This document shows positions 37,963-51,420 of a stretch of DNA of 64,000 nt, piece after piece. The stretch lies in the NCBI RefSeq assembly GCF_009834535.1, contig NC_045719.1, forward strand, positions 13,082,001 to 13,146,000, written 5' to 3'. A program made the position numbers and the translations under genes. Source of the stretch: Camelus ferus. Taxonomy: Eukaryota. Every line of letters starts with the position of its first letter. Position 1 is the stretch's first letter. The notes beneath the pieces were generated by a model, which saw nothing but the letters and a program-made list of their open reading frames with translations, searched no databases and was not told the DNA's origin.

Positions 37963-38990
37963 CACTAAAGTGTAGGGTGCTAGTATAATCCAGCGGGCAG
38001 TGATTTTGTTTCAAGGGACAAACAGCAGATAGTCTTAGATCCCTGAAGAAAGAGGCTATCTTTCTTAAGAAATGGGGGATGAATGAAAGTGTTCTTTTGC
38101 TGTGGCTGGATTTATGAGTAAGTTTAATTGTGGTCTGTAACACAGGAAGGGGGAACGTATAGAGATGAATTATGTACCATAGCAGTATCATTTCCCCTGC
38201 TATTAATAAAAAATAAGGTAAAATTGACCATCTGCCACCATGAGGAAGCTTTGTTAAAATTTTGAGATGATTCAAAGTCAAATCACAACTCACCAGTGTT
38301 TCACAACAACTGGGAAGAAAACATTGAAATCTTGATTTCTCTTCGACACAGGACCAAATACCAAAATGCAGCTTTGATGCACTTCCCTTTAGTCTTTCTT
38401 TTATGATCTTAAGCATCTGTCCTGCCGCTGAGCATTGAGAGCAGGGAGTGAGGCAGCTCAGCAGGACATCCATAGCTGAGGCCGGCAGGTATCATTGACT
38501 GGCATTCCCAGTTAAGAAAAATGAAAGGGAGAGATGGCATAAACATTAATTTTGGGAGGAGGTGAAAGGTCAGGATATTTTGCTGACCCTCTCAGTGAGG
38601 TCTTCAGCCAGTGTCAAGTAATCAAGAATGCTTTTAGTTTAACCTTTGGTCTGTCAAACTGAGAATAAAACACAGTCACGGTCATAAAGCCTTTGCTGTT
38701 GTAAATAAGAAACGTGGGTAAGGGGTATTATATGGTGAAAGCACGTTTAATTTTCTTTTTCAAAACAAGATGGAAGAGAAAGAAGACTTACACTGTACTT
38801 GGGGAATTATATGAGAAGAGAATAGTACTTTCCAGTTTTATGAAAATCTGTTGCGGCATTGCTAATTTCCATTTTTAGAAAAATTTAATGCCGAATCTGA
38901 AGAGAGCTCCATGTCACTACATAGGAAATATGACTCTAAATTTTGTGCTATAGCAAGAGAAATCATCTCTCTCAGACAGAATTTTGTACT

Positions 38991-39018
38991 CACACACACG
39001 TGCGTGCGCACACACGTG
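38991..39018. repeat. Alternating purine-pyrimidine tract containing two CACGTG
   Basis: cacacacacgtgcgtgcgcacacacgtg. Confidence 0.85.
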
Positions 39019-39757
39019 CCAATTAGGCACCTGGGGGATTACTACGATCCTGGGAGGAGCTGCCGTGTGCACGGTTTTGAGTCATGTTCGTCGCTCCTAT
39101 TCAGGTCACTATGTATAATTCAGGCTTATTCAAAAACACTCCACTTTGTCAGTTTTCAGTGTGCTATTTTTAGTGATAAAGAGTTGCCATTAGGGAGAAA
39201 GAAATACGGTTCTCCCTCTTTTGTTAAAAGAAACCTATTCTGCAGCAGGAATACTTACCTATTTTTCACTTGTTCTCCAGCATTTGCTTACACTTTGACA
39301 TGGAAAGCTTGAGGTCTTTTATGGCAAATTATTCCATCCTTAGCATTTTTTTGTTGTTAAAGTGACTAGATGCTGTTCTGTTTTTTTATTATTTTAAATG
39401 AAAGGATGTCTTAAGATTCCTTGCTATTTTAGGCAGATCATTCAGATCTTTTGAAAGACATTAGTAAACCATTTCCAGGGAAGCTAAGTTTATTGAATTT
39501 TTCAAATACTCTGCTTAGCTTGGCTGTCATCACACCATCAGTTGTGAGGGATATAAATACCCTCAGTTTCACATGTGAGAAATAATAAAGAAGACTCCTT
39601 CTGGATGTTAAGATGTGAAATTAAACTCCAGGTGCTTTTCAGAGTCGTTTGGGACATTTTCCGGTTGTCAGTATGGAAATCCTGTCACTCAGGGCAGGGA
39701 TCTGTTGCCATGGGGAAGCCAAAGCTGCATCGTTTGACAAATTGGCAGTTTTTACAG

Positions 39758-39820
39758 CTGGTGGAAAAGAAAAAAAAACTTAGAGACAGGTACTGGAAGA
39801 TGACTGTTCACCAGGGATTG
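39758..39820 (+). other. TMEM200A: Candidate second non-coding (5' UTR) exon, tentatively TMEM200A
   Basis: Acceptor 'gtttttacag|C' at 39757/39758 and donor 'TTG|GTGAAT' at 39820/39821; 63 nt long, 18.8 kb from the exon 1 donor. Size and spacing fit the recalled TMEM200A exon 2 (unverified). Confidence 0.5.
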
Positions 39821-40011
39821 GTGAATGGGCTTGGAAATAAATTAATTATTCTTCTTTCTCTTTTATAGACATTTGTTTATGCACAAAGATTATGGTCTTT
39901 TTGGTACATTGATCCTAGAATTTTAGGCATAACTGTGTCTCTTAAATATGTAAATTTATTATATCCAAGCATTTAATTGATTTATTACTAAGATTCTGAT
40001 TACCAATTTCT

Positions 40012-40510
40012 TGTGTAAAGGGTTTTCCTCACCCTATCAAGCAATTTTCTGACACCAGCTGGGTGTCCTACAATTCAACTCAGTTCTGATGCTGTCTACC
40101 TGGAGACTGAGTCAGATTCCCCTGGTAAAGGACTCAGGACTCAGTACCACGGGACTGCCCCACTTCAATGCCAATTGCCAGCCCAGGTTGTTACCTGAAC
40201 TTCTGACTGAGTGAGTATAAATTGGATGTTTCCCTGACCCTCCCCTTAGGTTTGATTAATTTGCTAGAGCATCTTGCAGAACTCAGGAAACCAGTTTACT
40301 CATTAGATTGCCAGTTTGTTACAAAGGGTATTAAAGGATGCAAATTGACAGGCAAATGAAGAGATGCAGAGGACAAGGTATGGGGACAGGACACAGAGCC
40401 GCTGTGCTCTCTGAGTGGCCACTCGCCTGGAATCTCCAGTGTGCATCAACCTGGAAGTTCACAAATCCGATCCCTTTGGGTTTTTGTGGAGGTGTCATTG
40501 TGCCCAGTGA
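40012..40510 (-). mobile_element. MER21-like LTR fragment (ERVL)
   Basis: 'ttctgacaccagctgggtgtcctacaattcaactcagttctga...ctacctggag...ttaatttgctagagc...agaactcaggaaac'. Confidence 0.75.
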
Positions 40511-40896
40511 TGTGCTTTTGCTGGAAATTTCTAACTGAGAAAGTAGAAGCTCAGCATTTGTGACATTCAGATTCACTAAGTATCACTAGAAAACAGGTCT
40601 CTTAGATCCTAAATCCTAAGTTTTACCATGGGATGGATTGCCTTCCAGTAAGACGAATTTAAAGACTATTGGAAATGTGCTCTTTTAAAAATCAGCCTCA
40701 TACTTTCAAACTCAGTTCTCAATACTGTATTTGTTTCTTAAACAAAGTCTGTCTACCCATCTGACTGAGTTCGTGTTCACTGTTCTTTCTAACCCGTTCC
40801 TTGGCATCTGCTTATGTGCTTACCCACATTGCTGACTTTTCCTACCGGCCAGGGTCAAGTTTGCTTGAGCTGCTCCATGTCGATCTTCTCCACCTC

Positions 40897-41375
40897 TGGC
40901 AAAGCCTCTCTCCTTGACCACACTTTAGTCACGCTCCTCTCTTCCCTTTTCTTGACGATCCCTTGGATTCCATGTCCATCATCTCATCACCCAGTTTTAG
41001 CGAGAACCCTCCTAAGCAGTTCAGAGAAGCTCCCTCACCCTCAGTATCTGATCACCTTGGCTACATCTGGTCAAACTCCTCACCTTCCCACATCATTCCC
41101 CAGATGAAGTCTGATTTGTCTGCCTTCAGCAAGAGTCCTGTTACGTCCGGTTAGCAAGAATTCTCCCTACCCTTGATGTCTTCTCTTAGTAATTTTTCAT
41201 CCACTGACCCTCCAACCTGCTCATTGGCTATAAATCCCCTGCTTTGCTTTATCTGGAACAGAGCTCTGTTCTATACTGAGGTCTCTTTTCCCCTGTTGCA
41301 ATAGTTCCTAAATAAATTCCATTTTTACCAAAAAAAAACCCTTTAGCTACTATCCAGCATTGATGTTCTTTGATA
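40897..41375 (+). mobile_element. MER31/MER67-like ERV1 solo LTR
   Basis: Starts 'tggcaaagcctctctccttgaccacactttagtca', has TATA-like 'ggctataaatccc' and 'aataaa', and ends 'ttctttgata'. Flanks cctc/ccgc match at 3 of 4 positions. Confidence 0.8.
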
Positions 41376-42871
41376 CCGCCACTATAAAAAATTACAAAGC
41401 TATATTCCCTCAGGAAATATCCTAGGTCTTCTTCTGATCTGCTTTGAACTTCGGCTTATCCATCTAAATGAATGTCTCTTAAGCTCTAGTTCTGCAGGTA
41501 CATGGGGCTTTTCAGCACTGTTACCTATGATCCATCCATTTCCCTAAGTTTATTGTATTTTAAAAATCACACAGCTGTACTCCTAGTCACCTCTCAGGAA
41601 AATCGAAGTTTTATCCAACGTCTTACTTTCCAATAAGTCCCCGAAACCTGCCCGGGTGACCTCTCTTCCTGAGACCTGTTGTCTTCCTTTTCAATTCTAC
41701 TGCAGTTGGCCTTGCACCTTCTTCAACCTTGACAAGTACTGTTGTTTCTTAACTTCTCTCTCTTTCCCGGTTCTCTTTGTTGCACACAGTGCTGTCAAAT
41801 TTAACACATGTATTGAATCTACTTCATTCTAAAAGAGTTTTACTAAATAACCACAGTCCATGCAACAAATTTCCAACCTCCAAGCTCTGTCCCACGTTCC
41901 CTCTATATCCTGACCTACTACTTCCATTCAACAGAGCTTCCCCTCTCACTGAACATTTTTCACAAGTGCCTTCCAGTGATTTTTTTTTTTTTTTTTTTTT
42001 TGGCCATCCTCTCTAAACAAAACAAATCTTTTACTCCCACAGCCCACTGAAAGCCTTTTTGTTTCAACTTAAATGCCATGGAAGTCAATTCACTTTATTT
42101 TCATAGTGCTTCCTTAAAATTTATTTTATAGAATTTATCACACTGCACCTTGCATAATAGCTTAATAGTCACCTGTGCTCTCCTTTTTATCTCTTCTATT
42201 AAATTGTAAACTCCTTAGAGATGAAACCATCTTATTTATATTTATAGCGACTGCCATCTTTGCGCTACTGGTAGTCTTTTTGCTTTTGTTTTGTTTTGTT
42301 TTCACATATCATAAAAGAGAAGCAAACTAATGTGTAGTACATAATTATGATATGGTAAGTACCATGCTATGTATTTTCAACACAGTTACTCTAATAAAGT
42401 TACGATGTCCATTATATTGATGGAGAAACTTAGTCTTGGAGTAATTAACTTGCATGGAGTCACGTACTCTGTACACGGAGCAGCCCATTCTGTCTGATTC
42501 CCAAGCTCATCCCCCATCCTCTATTCCTTGCGACCTCTTATTATCACCCTTCCCAAATGTACTGCAATGATTGCTTACATGTGTGTCTTCTTCAGCTGAC
42601 TCTGAGTTCCAAAAATGAAGGCTGACGTTTAGTAGGAGTACAATACATGCTTGTAAAATGGCATTCCATGAGTCAATGTAAATTTGCAACACGTTGAAAA
42701 TGGACATTATTGCAAGATGGAAATCTCTTCGATAGTTTTTTTTTTTTTCCCTTGCTTTTTGTTTAAAGTGTTTACTAGGAAGATTTGAAATTCCTGGTCA
42801 GTGAAAAGAGCAAATAATGCACCTCCTGTTTTCATCCTGTGTGTTCAGAGCCTAGAACCTTGCCATGTAAA

Positions 42872-43022
42872 CTGTGGTCCTTAAACGAGCAGCAGGAGCA
42901 CCACTTAGCCCCTGTTAGAGATGCAGAACGTGGGGTCCCTCCCCAGGCTGCACTGAATCACAATCTTCACTCTACAAGAATTCCGGGTGATTCATTTCCC
43001 CATTAAAGTCTGCAAGGCACTG
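42872..43022. mobile_element. MER5A (hAT-Charlie MITE)
   Basis: 'gcagcaggagcaccact...tgttagagatgcagaa...ctgaatcacaatct...acaagaattccgggtgattc...aaagtctgcaaggcactg'. Confidence 0.75.
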
Positions 43023-43456
43023 ACTATGTAATCTTCTTGAAAATGAAATTCATATGAACAAAAAATTCTGTAAACTTTGCTTTGAGTAGATTCTTGGGAT
43101 GAAGTAGCATGCTTCTGAGCATATGATGAGGCAGCCAATCATCCATTTTCATATAATCAGGATTAACAGGCGACAGCCTACAACTACTGTCAGGAGACCC
43201 AATTGCTCCTCTTGTCCTTGCCCCTGTCCCAGCCATTCCATTAACTGAGCCCTGGGAAACATTTCGGTGACAAGTTCAGCCAATGGTTTGATTTCCCTTT
43301 CAGTTTACATTTGCGAGCGAAAAAGAAAGGAGGAGGAATAAAGAAAGAACATTACAAACAGCATAATGCAAATGAGGCCCCTTTAAGCAGCAAGCAATCC
43401 GCATAGGTACATGCCTTACGCTGTAGTCCCACATGCAGTCATTAGGCTGCCTTCTC

Positions 43457-43604
43457 NNNNNNNNNNNNNNNNNNNNNNNNNNNNNNNNNNNNNNNNNNNN
43501 NNNNNNNNNNNNNNNNNNNNNNNNNNNNNNNNNNNNNNNNNNNNNNNNNNNNNNNNNNNNNNNNNNNNNNNNNNNNNNNNNNNNNNNNNNNNNNNNNNNN
43601 NNNN
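43457..43604. other. Assembly gap (148 N)
   Basis: Run of N. Confidence 1.
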
Positions 43605-44224
43605 TCTGTGCCGCGTGATGGTCCGCAGTTACTGCACTGGGCTGTTGTTATGTGAAGCAGAGAGTAATGGGGTCTGGCTCAGGACCTACAGAAAGGTTCC
43701 CTTGTACCATCTGTGCAACTCTGTTTACTTGCAGGTGGAAGTATGTTTGCACTTATTTACGGTTGTCACTATCACAGACCTAAAAGGTTGCATTTATTCC
43801 CCGTACTCCGTGGTTAAGCAGAACTTTACCTACAACCAGGATCTAGAGAGAAGGAGTGGAATAGGGAATTGGAAAGCAGAAACCCCACTTTTCTTTCCTG
43901 GGCTCCAGCCTGAATTCTAATCAAGGTCAGTAATGGCTGAGCGTTTTGATGAGCTGCCGGTTGTCTGGTGTATGCAAAGGAAGCGAACCGGCTCATATGG
44001 GTTCCCAGTGAACAGTTGCCCAAGTCACAAACCATTGGCTTCATGCTTTTTATCTGAGCAAAGAGATCTCCTAGCAGAGTGTTCTTCCTGAGTGTGCCAG
44101 TCCTCAGTGCTCCCGTCCTCTTCCCTCAACCCCGGGGTGGCTTGAGTCTCCACCACATGGGTTAGCGCCTCGCAGTGCCCCGTGCCAGCCCTTTCTTGGC
44201 GGTTCTGCTTCCTAGACTCTTGCT

Positions 44225-44360
44225 CTGTCTCTTACTAGATTATAAATCCTCTAAGGAGAAGGGTCTTTTCCTTTGTTGCTTCTCTGTCATTCTCACTGTT
44301 GGCTACAGAGTTGTCACTGGTGAGTCACTGAAGATAGAATTAATACAAATATGCTTAGCT
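44225..44360 (+). mobile_element. L2 3' fragment
   Basis: 'actagattataaatcctctaaggagaagggtc'. Confidence 0.5.
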
Positions 44361-45545
44361 CCCATAGACATCTTTTGAGAATACACTTAAAATATACTAT
44401 GGGGTATAAAGACTGGACCGTTCTGTCTTTCATGATTTTCCTCTGGCCTCTAGCCTGTTGTTATTCAGACACGAAGAAATACTTGCAAAGCACCAAACTG
44501 CTTATCTGACTTTTCTCTTCTGCAACAAACCACTGGGCTAATAGATTTTTGAAACCACTCAATCATTTTTAATGTGACCCCAGAAACTTTTTTTAATACA
44601 GTGTTTTCAACTTGAGCTGTAAACATTTCATATATTTTGCAAGTAATTTGCAGGTTGAGCAAGCTATCCTGCCTAGATTGCTCATAAATTGAGGTACGCC
44701 TCATTATCATCACAGCCACCTTAGAGGAACTACTAAGCCAAATTAAGGAGCTAATTTTATCTTTAAACAGTGTTTAGCAATTATAAAGCTTCAGAAAAAC
44801 AGTATCCTTGAGTTTTGACCTAAAGAGAAAAGGAACATTCCTAATTCTGGACTCTGTCTCTCAGTGATTATTTTGCTCCACACCACAGCTCTAAGTCCTA
44901 CACTGATGTTACTGGAGTTCGAAGTGGATGACAGGTCCTAAAATCTGCATCAAAGGGAATTTGATACAAATAGTACCATGAATTATATAAGGAAACATTG
45001 CTCTATCTGCTCAGCTATCCACATTGTGACAATACAGGAGCAAACATAGCATTGACCTGTTGTTTGTATTTTCAACCGTGTATTCAGGTTTTACTCAACA
45101 CAAATAGACTGCATATCTGTTGTGTTAGACACTAAGCTAGAGTGTTGATAAACCAATATAAAAAAAAAAAAAAAGATAGAACAGATGTGTTATTTTTCTT
45201 CTTAAAGCTTGTAATCCGCCAAGGATATAGGAAAACAAATGGCCAATTTGAATATGAGTTGGGTCATTTTATGGATAATATAGGGTATCGTGGACGCCCA
45301 GAGAAGTCACCTGACACTTAGTTGTGGGATGAGTGACAGCTTCTTCTAAGATCTCACATCTTAGCAGATATCTGAAAGATAATTAGGCATTTTCCAAGAG
45401 AGGTGGAGTGTAAATTATGTCATTTCAGAGGAGACGCATCTACAAAGCTCTGAGGCAAGAGACTTTACATGGAGTAATTACATCCTGAAATTAGTGCTGT
45501 AAAACTTTAGATTAGCACCAACAGACCCATTTTCCAGAACCTAGA

Positions 45546-45921
45546 TGAGGGTAGCAGAATTTGTCATTCCTCCCAAATATGCCACCTTAGCGTAAGGATT
45601 ATTTCGATCTGAAAGCAATTGAGAAGAAGCAGACACAAGAAAAGCTCTCGGCCCTCCCCCTATTTGCCTAAAAACAGGACATAAATTTGTAAAGCTGTCA
45701 CCCTCCCATCTGTACCAGGAAGAGACCACCCTAGACCTTTATCAGCACGGAGATGCACTGGAGGAACCTACAATAAACTTTGCTAAAACTAGCCCTTTTC
45801 TACAATGAGTTCTCCATATATTTGCCTTTGATGCATATGTTATTAAAATTCTGGGGTTTTTTTTTCCACTTCCTAATCTCTCTTTTGTCAGTCTAATTTA
45901 CAGGACTAAAGCAAATGAACT
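45546..45921 (+). mobile_element. MER34-like ERV1 LTR (3' end lost in the gap)
   Basis: 'caaatatgccaccttagcgtaaggattattt...aaagcaattgagaagaagcagacacaagaaaagctctc...gcctaaaaacaggacataaattt' matches the MER34 5' region. Confidence 0.75.
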
Positions 45922-46061
45922 NNNNNNNNNNNNNNNNNNNNNNNNNNNNNNNNNNNNNNNNNNNNNNNNNNNNNNNNNNNNNNNNNNNNNNNNNNNNNNN
46001 NNNNNNNNNNNNNNNNNNNNNNNNNNNNNNNNNNNNNNNNNNNNNNNNNNNNNNNNNNNNN
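45922..46061. other. Assembly gap (140 N)
   Basis: Run of N. Confidence 1.
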
Positions 46062-46380
46062 CTGACAATCACTGTGCTCTGTAAAATTGTGCAATAAATA
46101 CTATAGTGCTCTTAGAAAATAAGGGGGTTTGAGGTACAAAACTCAAAAACTTCATCAGTGACCCACACAAAAAGATAAAAACCTAATAAAAATAGTGCTA
46201 GTTTTACATGCTAAGTGATTAAGAAATACATAAACTCAGTAAATACGGCATTTTTCCTTGGAAGAAACCTGAGGTTTGCTAACGGAAGTGGTCATCAGAA
46301 GGGTTGCCGTCCGTGAGCTGTTGCTGTAAGGAAGGTGGTCTGAAATCGGCTGGAAAATTGTAGCACCGGATGTGCAGGGG

Positions 46381-46922
46381 TGTATTAGTTTTCCCTTGCT
46401 GCCATAAACATTATCACAGATTTGGCTGTTTCCATGAGTCAGAAGCCTGGGCACAGGCTTAGTTTCAAAGTCAAGGTGTTGGTGAGCCGTGTGCCTTCCT
46501 GGAGGCTGTGGGGAAGAACCGTCTTCCAGGTTCATCCGATTGCTGCAGAGTTCAGTTCCTGAGGACTAGAGGCTGAGGTCGCCGCTCCCTTGGTGGCCAT
46601 TAGCCGAAAGCCCCCTCAGCTGCCGGAGGGCTCGCTTTGGTCTTCGTATGTGTCAGGCCCTCCCAGTGCGTGGAGTCTCTCTGACTCTTTTTTCTGCTTC
46701 ATATCTGACTCTAGCCAGAGAAAGTTCTCTGCTTTTAAAGGCTTGTGGGATTAGATTAGGTAAACCCTAGATAATCCAGGATAATCTTTCTGACTTGAGG
46801 TCAGTGATTAGTAATCTCCAGTACATCTGCAAAGTCCTTTTCACCATGTAACATAATATATCTGCAAACTGCAGGGATTCAGGCTTGGTGCATCTGGAGA
46901 CCTATGCCATCTCCCACCTGCA
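46381..46922 (-). mobile_element. MaLR solo LTR (MLT1D/E-like)
   Basis: 'tgtattagttttcccttgctgccataaaca...aaagtcaaggtgttgg...gataatccaggataatct...catctgcaaagtcctttt'. Confidence 0.8.
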
Positions 46923-49540
46923 GATATGGTTGATAAGATACATGGTAGACTGAGGTAACTGGTAGCTGTTTGAAGTGTATTGCGTTTTGTGGATTCCCAT
47001 GTGGGTCAGTTTAGCCAGTTACCGATTTCATTGGTCACCTAGTACTTCTCATGGATGAAATCATACATAAACAACATGAAATCTGTGTAATACCCAAATT
47101 GTTTCCTAATACGTCAATTGCAAAGAAACAAGTCTGTGTCTTTAAAACAATCACTGTAGCTGATTATGTATATTCTAAGGAAAAGGAAATGAGAGATGCC
47201 TTTTACGTGTATGGGTGTCGTGTCAGGCTCATAGGCACAGTGGGTACAGAAATCTCTCTGATCTCAAAACTATTCTAACTATAGGAATCTGAGATAAGAC
47301 ACCACATATCTATAGACCTTAATTTCCTCCTAGATAAAATAAAAATAAAGGGTTTGGCCAACTGCTCTCATAAGTCCCTTCCAGATCAAAAAAATAATTT
47401 CCATAATAAATCTAAGATCTAAGCAAATGTATAAATAACTTATAAATAAGTTTCAAAGAAGCAATGATTATTTTCATATTTGTGGATGAGTACATCTGGC
47501 CAAAGGCTCTAAGTCTGTTATCTGACAAAATGTTATTTTCATATCTCTTTGAAATTACAGAAGAATATGTTTTTGAGTGAATATATTTTTGTCCCTGAGG
47601 ATAAGAGTGGAAATTAAAAAGCAAAGCACTTAAGTACGAAAGAAGAAATAAAAAGCGTAGAATATAAATGCTAGCTGGTGATGAATTATATATTTTTCAG
47701 TATAAAAATAAATGGTATATAGAATGTGCTACCCTGAGCTAAAGCCATAGATAGTTGAATCCAGATATTTTAAATCAGGTATGACTTTAGGCAGGCATTC
47801 CCAAACGTTGTATCAGGAAACAGAATGGAGAGACAGCCATCCCAGTGCAGTATGTCCCCTTCCTCTGAGTCGGTTCACTAGACTGGCCCCAAACTGTCAG
47901 TTCGCAGGTTTTTTGTTAGGTTGTGTAAGGGTTTAAAAAAACAGCATGAACTCAGACCCTATAATTAAAAAACTCAAAGTCATGGTGACAAAGCCCTCCT
48001 TCAACATTCCTTTTATGTCAACCCAAAGATAACATGAAGGAGTCAAAAGGAAACCCTGTTAGGTCTTGCCAACTTGCAATTCCCAAGAAACGCCTTCTTT
48101 CTTTGTTGGCTGTCGGTTCCGATGCACCCGCTGCCGGTTGCAGCTGACATTGGATCCTTGCTCATGGGTTACATCACCTCACACAGCGGAGCCTGAGTCA
48201 GGTAGCAGCTTTCTTTCTCAGGGCCCTCTGCCTTCACCTCTCTCCCTCTTCGCCCCGTGCTGAGTTACATTTTCACTTTCTGAGTTCTCTCTGTGTCTTA
48301 CGATCTTTGCTCCAGCGCATGTGTTCTACTGCAGTGTCCTGGGTGGCTTGCTTTTAGGGCTTAGCTACTAGGCTGTGAGCTTTAGGAAAGCGAGGACTGT
48401 GTCTTCTGTCTCTTTGTCTTCTCAGCATTTGAAACCCTTAAGTTACAGAAAGTGCCCAAATCAGTGTGTGCTGACTAGATGATGCTAATGGTGGCAGTGC
48501 CACGAACTGAGTCAGATTGAACCCTCTCAGTAGAAGAGGCTTAAAGAATTCAATATTCTTAACTAAAAATCACTATTTACAATATGAGCCCTGTAGTTTT
48601 CAACTCTTCCGAACCATGCACAAATAATGTCATTCAGTTGATGTAGATGAGATGCAAGTTTGTGAGTTTGTGTGTCTAATACCAGTGTGGACAGTGGATT
48701 TCCTCCAGTTTCATTCATATATCAGGGTATTTTTGTCAAAAGTAGTTCTGTGGGAGACTGGACACAATTATGAATATTCAGTGCAACTAATAACCACCCA
48801 AGCAAAACAATGTTAGAATCATGTTTCAACATTAATCACATGTTAATCAGTGTTGTCACCAAATGTGAAGGTCAGAATATTCTACTCATTCTTGAAATGA
48901 AAAAAATGGGACTAAATAATAACCTTGAGATATTCCTGGCTTTTGTTTGTTTGTTTGTTTTAGTATTCAAAAAGAACACCTTCAAATTTTTATACACATG
49001 AAGATATTTTGTTTATAGATTAAGAAACACTTTTTTTAAGTCAGATCTGCTCCATTCTTTTGTGGCTCTGTGCTTCAGAGTAAAAATCAACAACACAGCA
49101 AATCCTGTGCTCTATGAGCACATAAGAATTTATGTAACGATGGGCCTTCAGTCTCAGAAGCGATGATGTCATGAACCTTGACTAAACTGATCTATCTATT
49201 TTCAAAAATCAGTATATGTAGAAAGCATTTCAGCTAAAATAGAGATGATACTCAAGACAGAGGTCATTATATCTTTAATGTAGTTTTATTTGTTTTAAAG
49301 CTTAATATTACTTTAACACTTTATTCCTTGGCACATCTTAATTTTAGTCCCAGCTCTGCTGTTAATTACTGATTTAAACTTGTCAAATGATAGATTTTGG
49401 GGGGACCTCAATCTTCAGGTTCCACTTTAGCCTCCTTTCCTGAATTGCAAAAAAACAGTTTGATTGCTCTCTTTCCAGCCCCGCCCCGAGTCCAGTCTCT
49501 CCTTTTCCCTCTCCCTCTGCATTCTGCACCCCCGCTCCAT

Positions 49541-49598
49541 ACACACACACACACACACACACAGACACACACACACAGACACACACACACACACACAC
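49541..49598. repeat. (CA)n microsatellite, interrupted by two GA
   Basis: Directly visible tandem repeat. Confidence 0.95.
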
Positions 49599-49929
49599 TT
49601 TCGTCCTTAAGTGGGGGAAGAGAAGGCTCCACTCCCTAGACTGCAGATTACAGGAATAGCCACTGGCCAAACTCCAGTTTCGGTGAATCAGGGTGCTATG
49701 AAAAGGTAAATGCCATAAGAGTGTTTTGTAATGGAATTGCGTTCCAGAGGGCACAGCTTGAACAGCTGAGAGAGAGTAGAAATGAGAGGAAGATCTCGAT
49801 GTAGGGGTGGTGAGAAATGTAATGTCTGAATGAGACAATGTGTTTAAATGGGTTTATATTTTAGGAGACACCTGGAGAGAACAGAGATGAATGACATGAA
49901 TAGAAATACTATTTTAGTGGAATTGAAAG

Positions 49930-50105
49930 AACAGGGTTTGGGAGCCCGGGGAACCGAAGCTAGGTGTAGTCGAATGGCTGTGTAACAGAGGCTGGTCGTT
50001 TAACCCTGTGAGCCATAGTTTCCTTATCTGTGAAATTAGATTAATTTTAATTGGTTAGGAGAATTCAATCATATTATGCACATAAACACTTAGCACAGTG
50101 CCTAT
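49930..50105 (+). mobile_element. MIR
   Basis: 'agtttccttatctgtgaaat...aaacacttagcacagtgcct'. Confidence 0.55.
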
Positions 50106-50384
50106 CCTATTTTAAATTATGACAGATTTTCTGAAAGCAAATCTTATTATGATTGCCCTCCTAGCAGCTAGGCTGGCGCCTTGCAATTTCCTCACTTGTA
50201 AAAAGGAGAATCTTGGGGGATGTTATCCTTTGTGGAAATAAAATGTGATGGTTTTTCAATTCAGTGTGGCTCAGTGCCCTTAGCGGCAGTCTTTCTGCCA
50301 GACGTCCCTCCAGGCTCCATATAATCTCTCAGTTTGGGCCTCGTTCTAATAAGATATAAATGAAGTTGATGGCTCAGGAAGGAG

Positions 50385-51420
50385 AGGTGGATCATTCAAT
50401 CATTTGTTTACTCTGTAGACATTTATTGAGTGCCTGACATGCGCTAAGCACCCTGTTGGGTAAGAAGGCACACTAGTGATTAAACTAAACATTTCTCTGC
50501 TCTCAGGGAGCTTAGAATCTAGAGTTGAAAGAAGACAGTCAAATCATCACATATGTTAAATTGATTTTGTGATTTCTGTAAAGGGAAGGCACACAGTGCT
50601 TGGAGAATCTAATGTGTTGAATATCACATTAAGGGAGTCAGGGAGGGATCCCTCACATGAGTACATAAAGCTTAGGCTAAGATTTGAAGGCTCATTACAG
50701 GGAGGAATTTCATTAAGAAAGAGCTGCCTATGAAAAGGCTCCATGTGAGAAAGGAGCTTGGAATTATGTAGAATTGACTGACAAGCAAAGCATCTGAAAT
50801 TTAGAGTAACAAAGGTTGAAAAATAAAAGAGGAGCAAGGAGAGAGGGGTAGGAATAAGAACCACTTCGTCCTGAGAGCATTTTAATCAGGAGTGGAGGAT
50901 TGTATTTCTTGCTTCACTGTGCAGAATGGAATTAAGAGGGGCCCAGGTGGGTAAGAGCAATCCAATCAGAAAGCTGTTTAATAGTAGAGACAGCAACTGA
51001 TGGGTGCAACTGATGGAGTGGTGAAGATGAAGATGGACATGGTACCAATCACAGGGGTAAGGGCACTTTGAGAAGAGCTGGTGTGAGGGGGAATTAGACA
51101 TTGAGATCCGTTTGCAAGATCCAAGGAGAATTGTTACATAGGCAACTGTACCCACAAGACTGGATCTCAGAAAAGACAACTGGCATGTTGATGAAAATGT
51201 TATGAGTCATCCCCATGTAGGTGGTAACTGAAGTCGTGTGTATGAATAATAATGAATAATGAGGAGACTAGAGTAATAAAATGAGAAGAAAAGAAGGGCT
51301 GGGATAGTGTTGAGATTTTCTCACATTTAGAGGTAAGGAGGAGGAAGGTGAGACTGACTAAGAAACAGACAACAAAAGGGTAGGAGTAGAACCAGAATAG
51401 TGCTATGAATTTGCCTATCA
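50385..51420 (-). mobile_element. L2 (about 1 kb, including the 3' end)
   Basis: 'tcattcaatcatt...catttattgagtgcct...ctgctctcagggagcttagaatctag', continuing as purine-rich antisense L2. Confidence 0.7.

Noticed and set aside
38062-38071. STAT6-type TTCTTAAGAA, and TTCTGAGAA at 17400-17408
   Set aside because: Isolated short motifs expected many times by chance in AT-rich DNA, with no supporting context.
37940-38473. 177-aa minus-strand ORF
   Set aside because: It overlaps the end of MER20 and AT-rich intron, with no recognisable protein family or supporting splice structure.
35522-46097. ORFs spanning the N-gaps (35522-35752, 43411-43920, 45906-46097)
   Set aside because: Their length is an artefact of N translating as X.
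49383-49838. 151-aa ORF with a VCVCVC run
   Set aside because: It is the translation of the (CA)n microsatellite.
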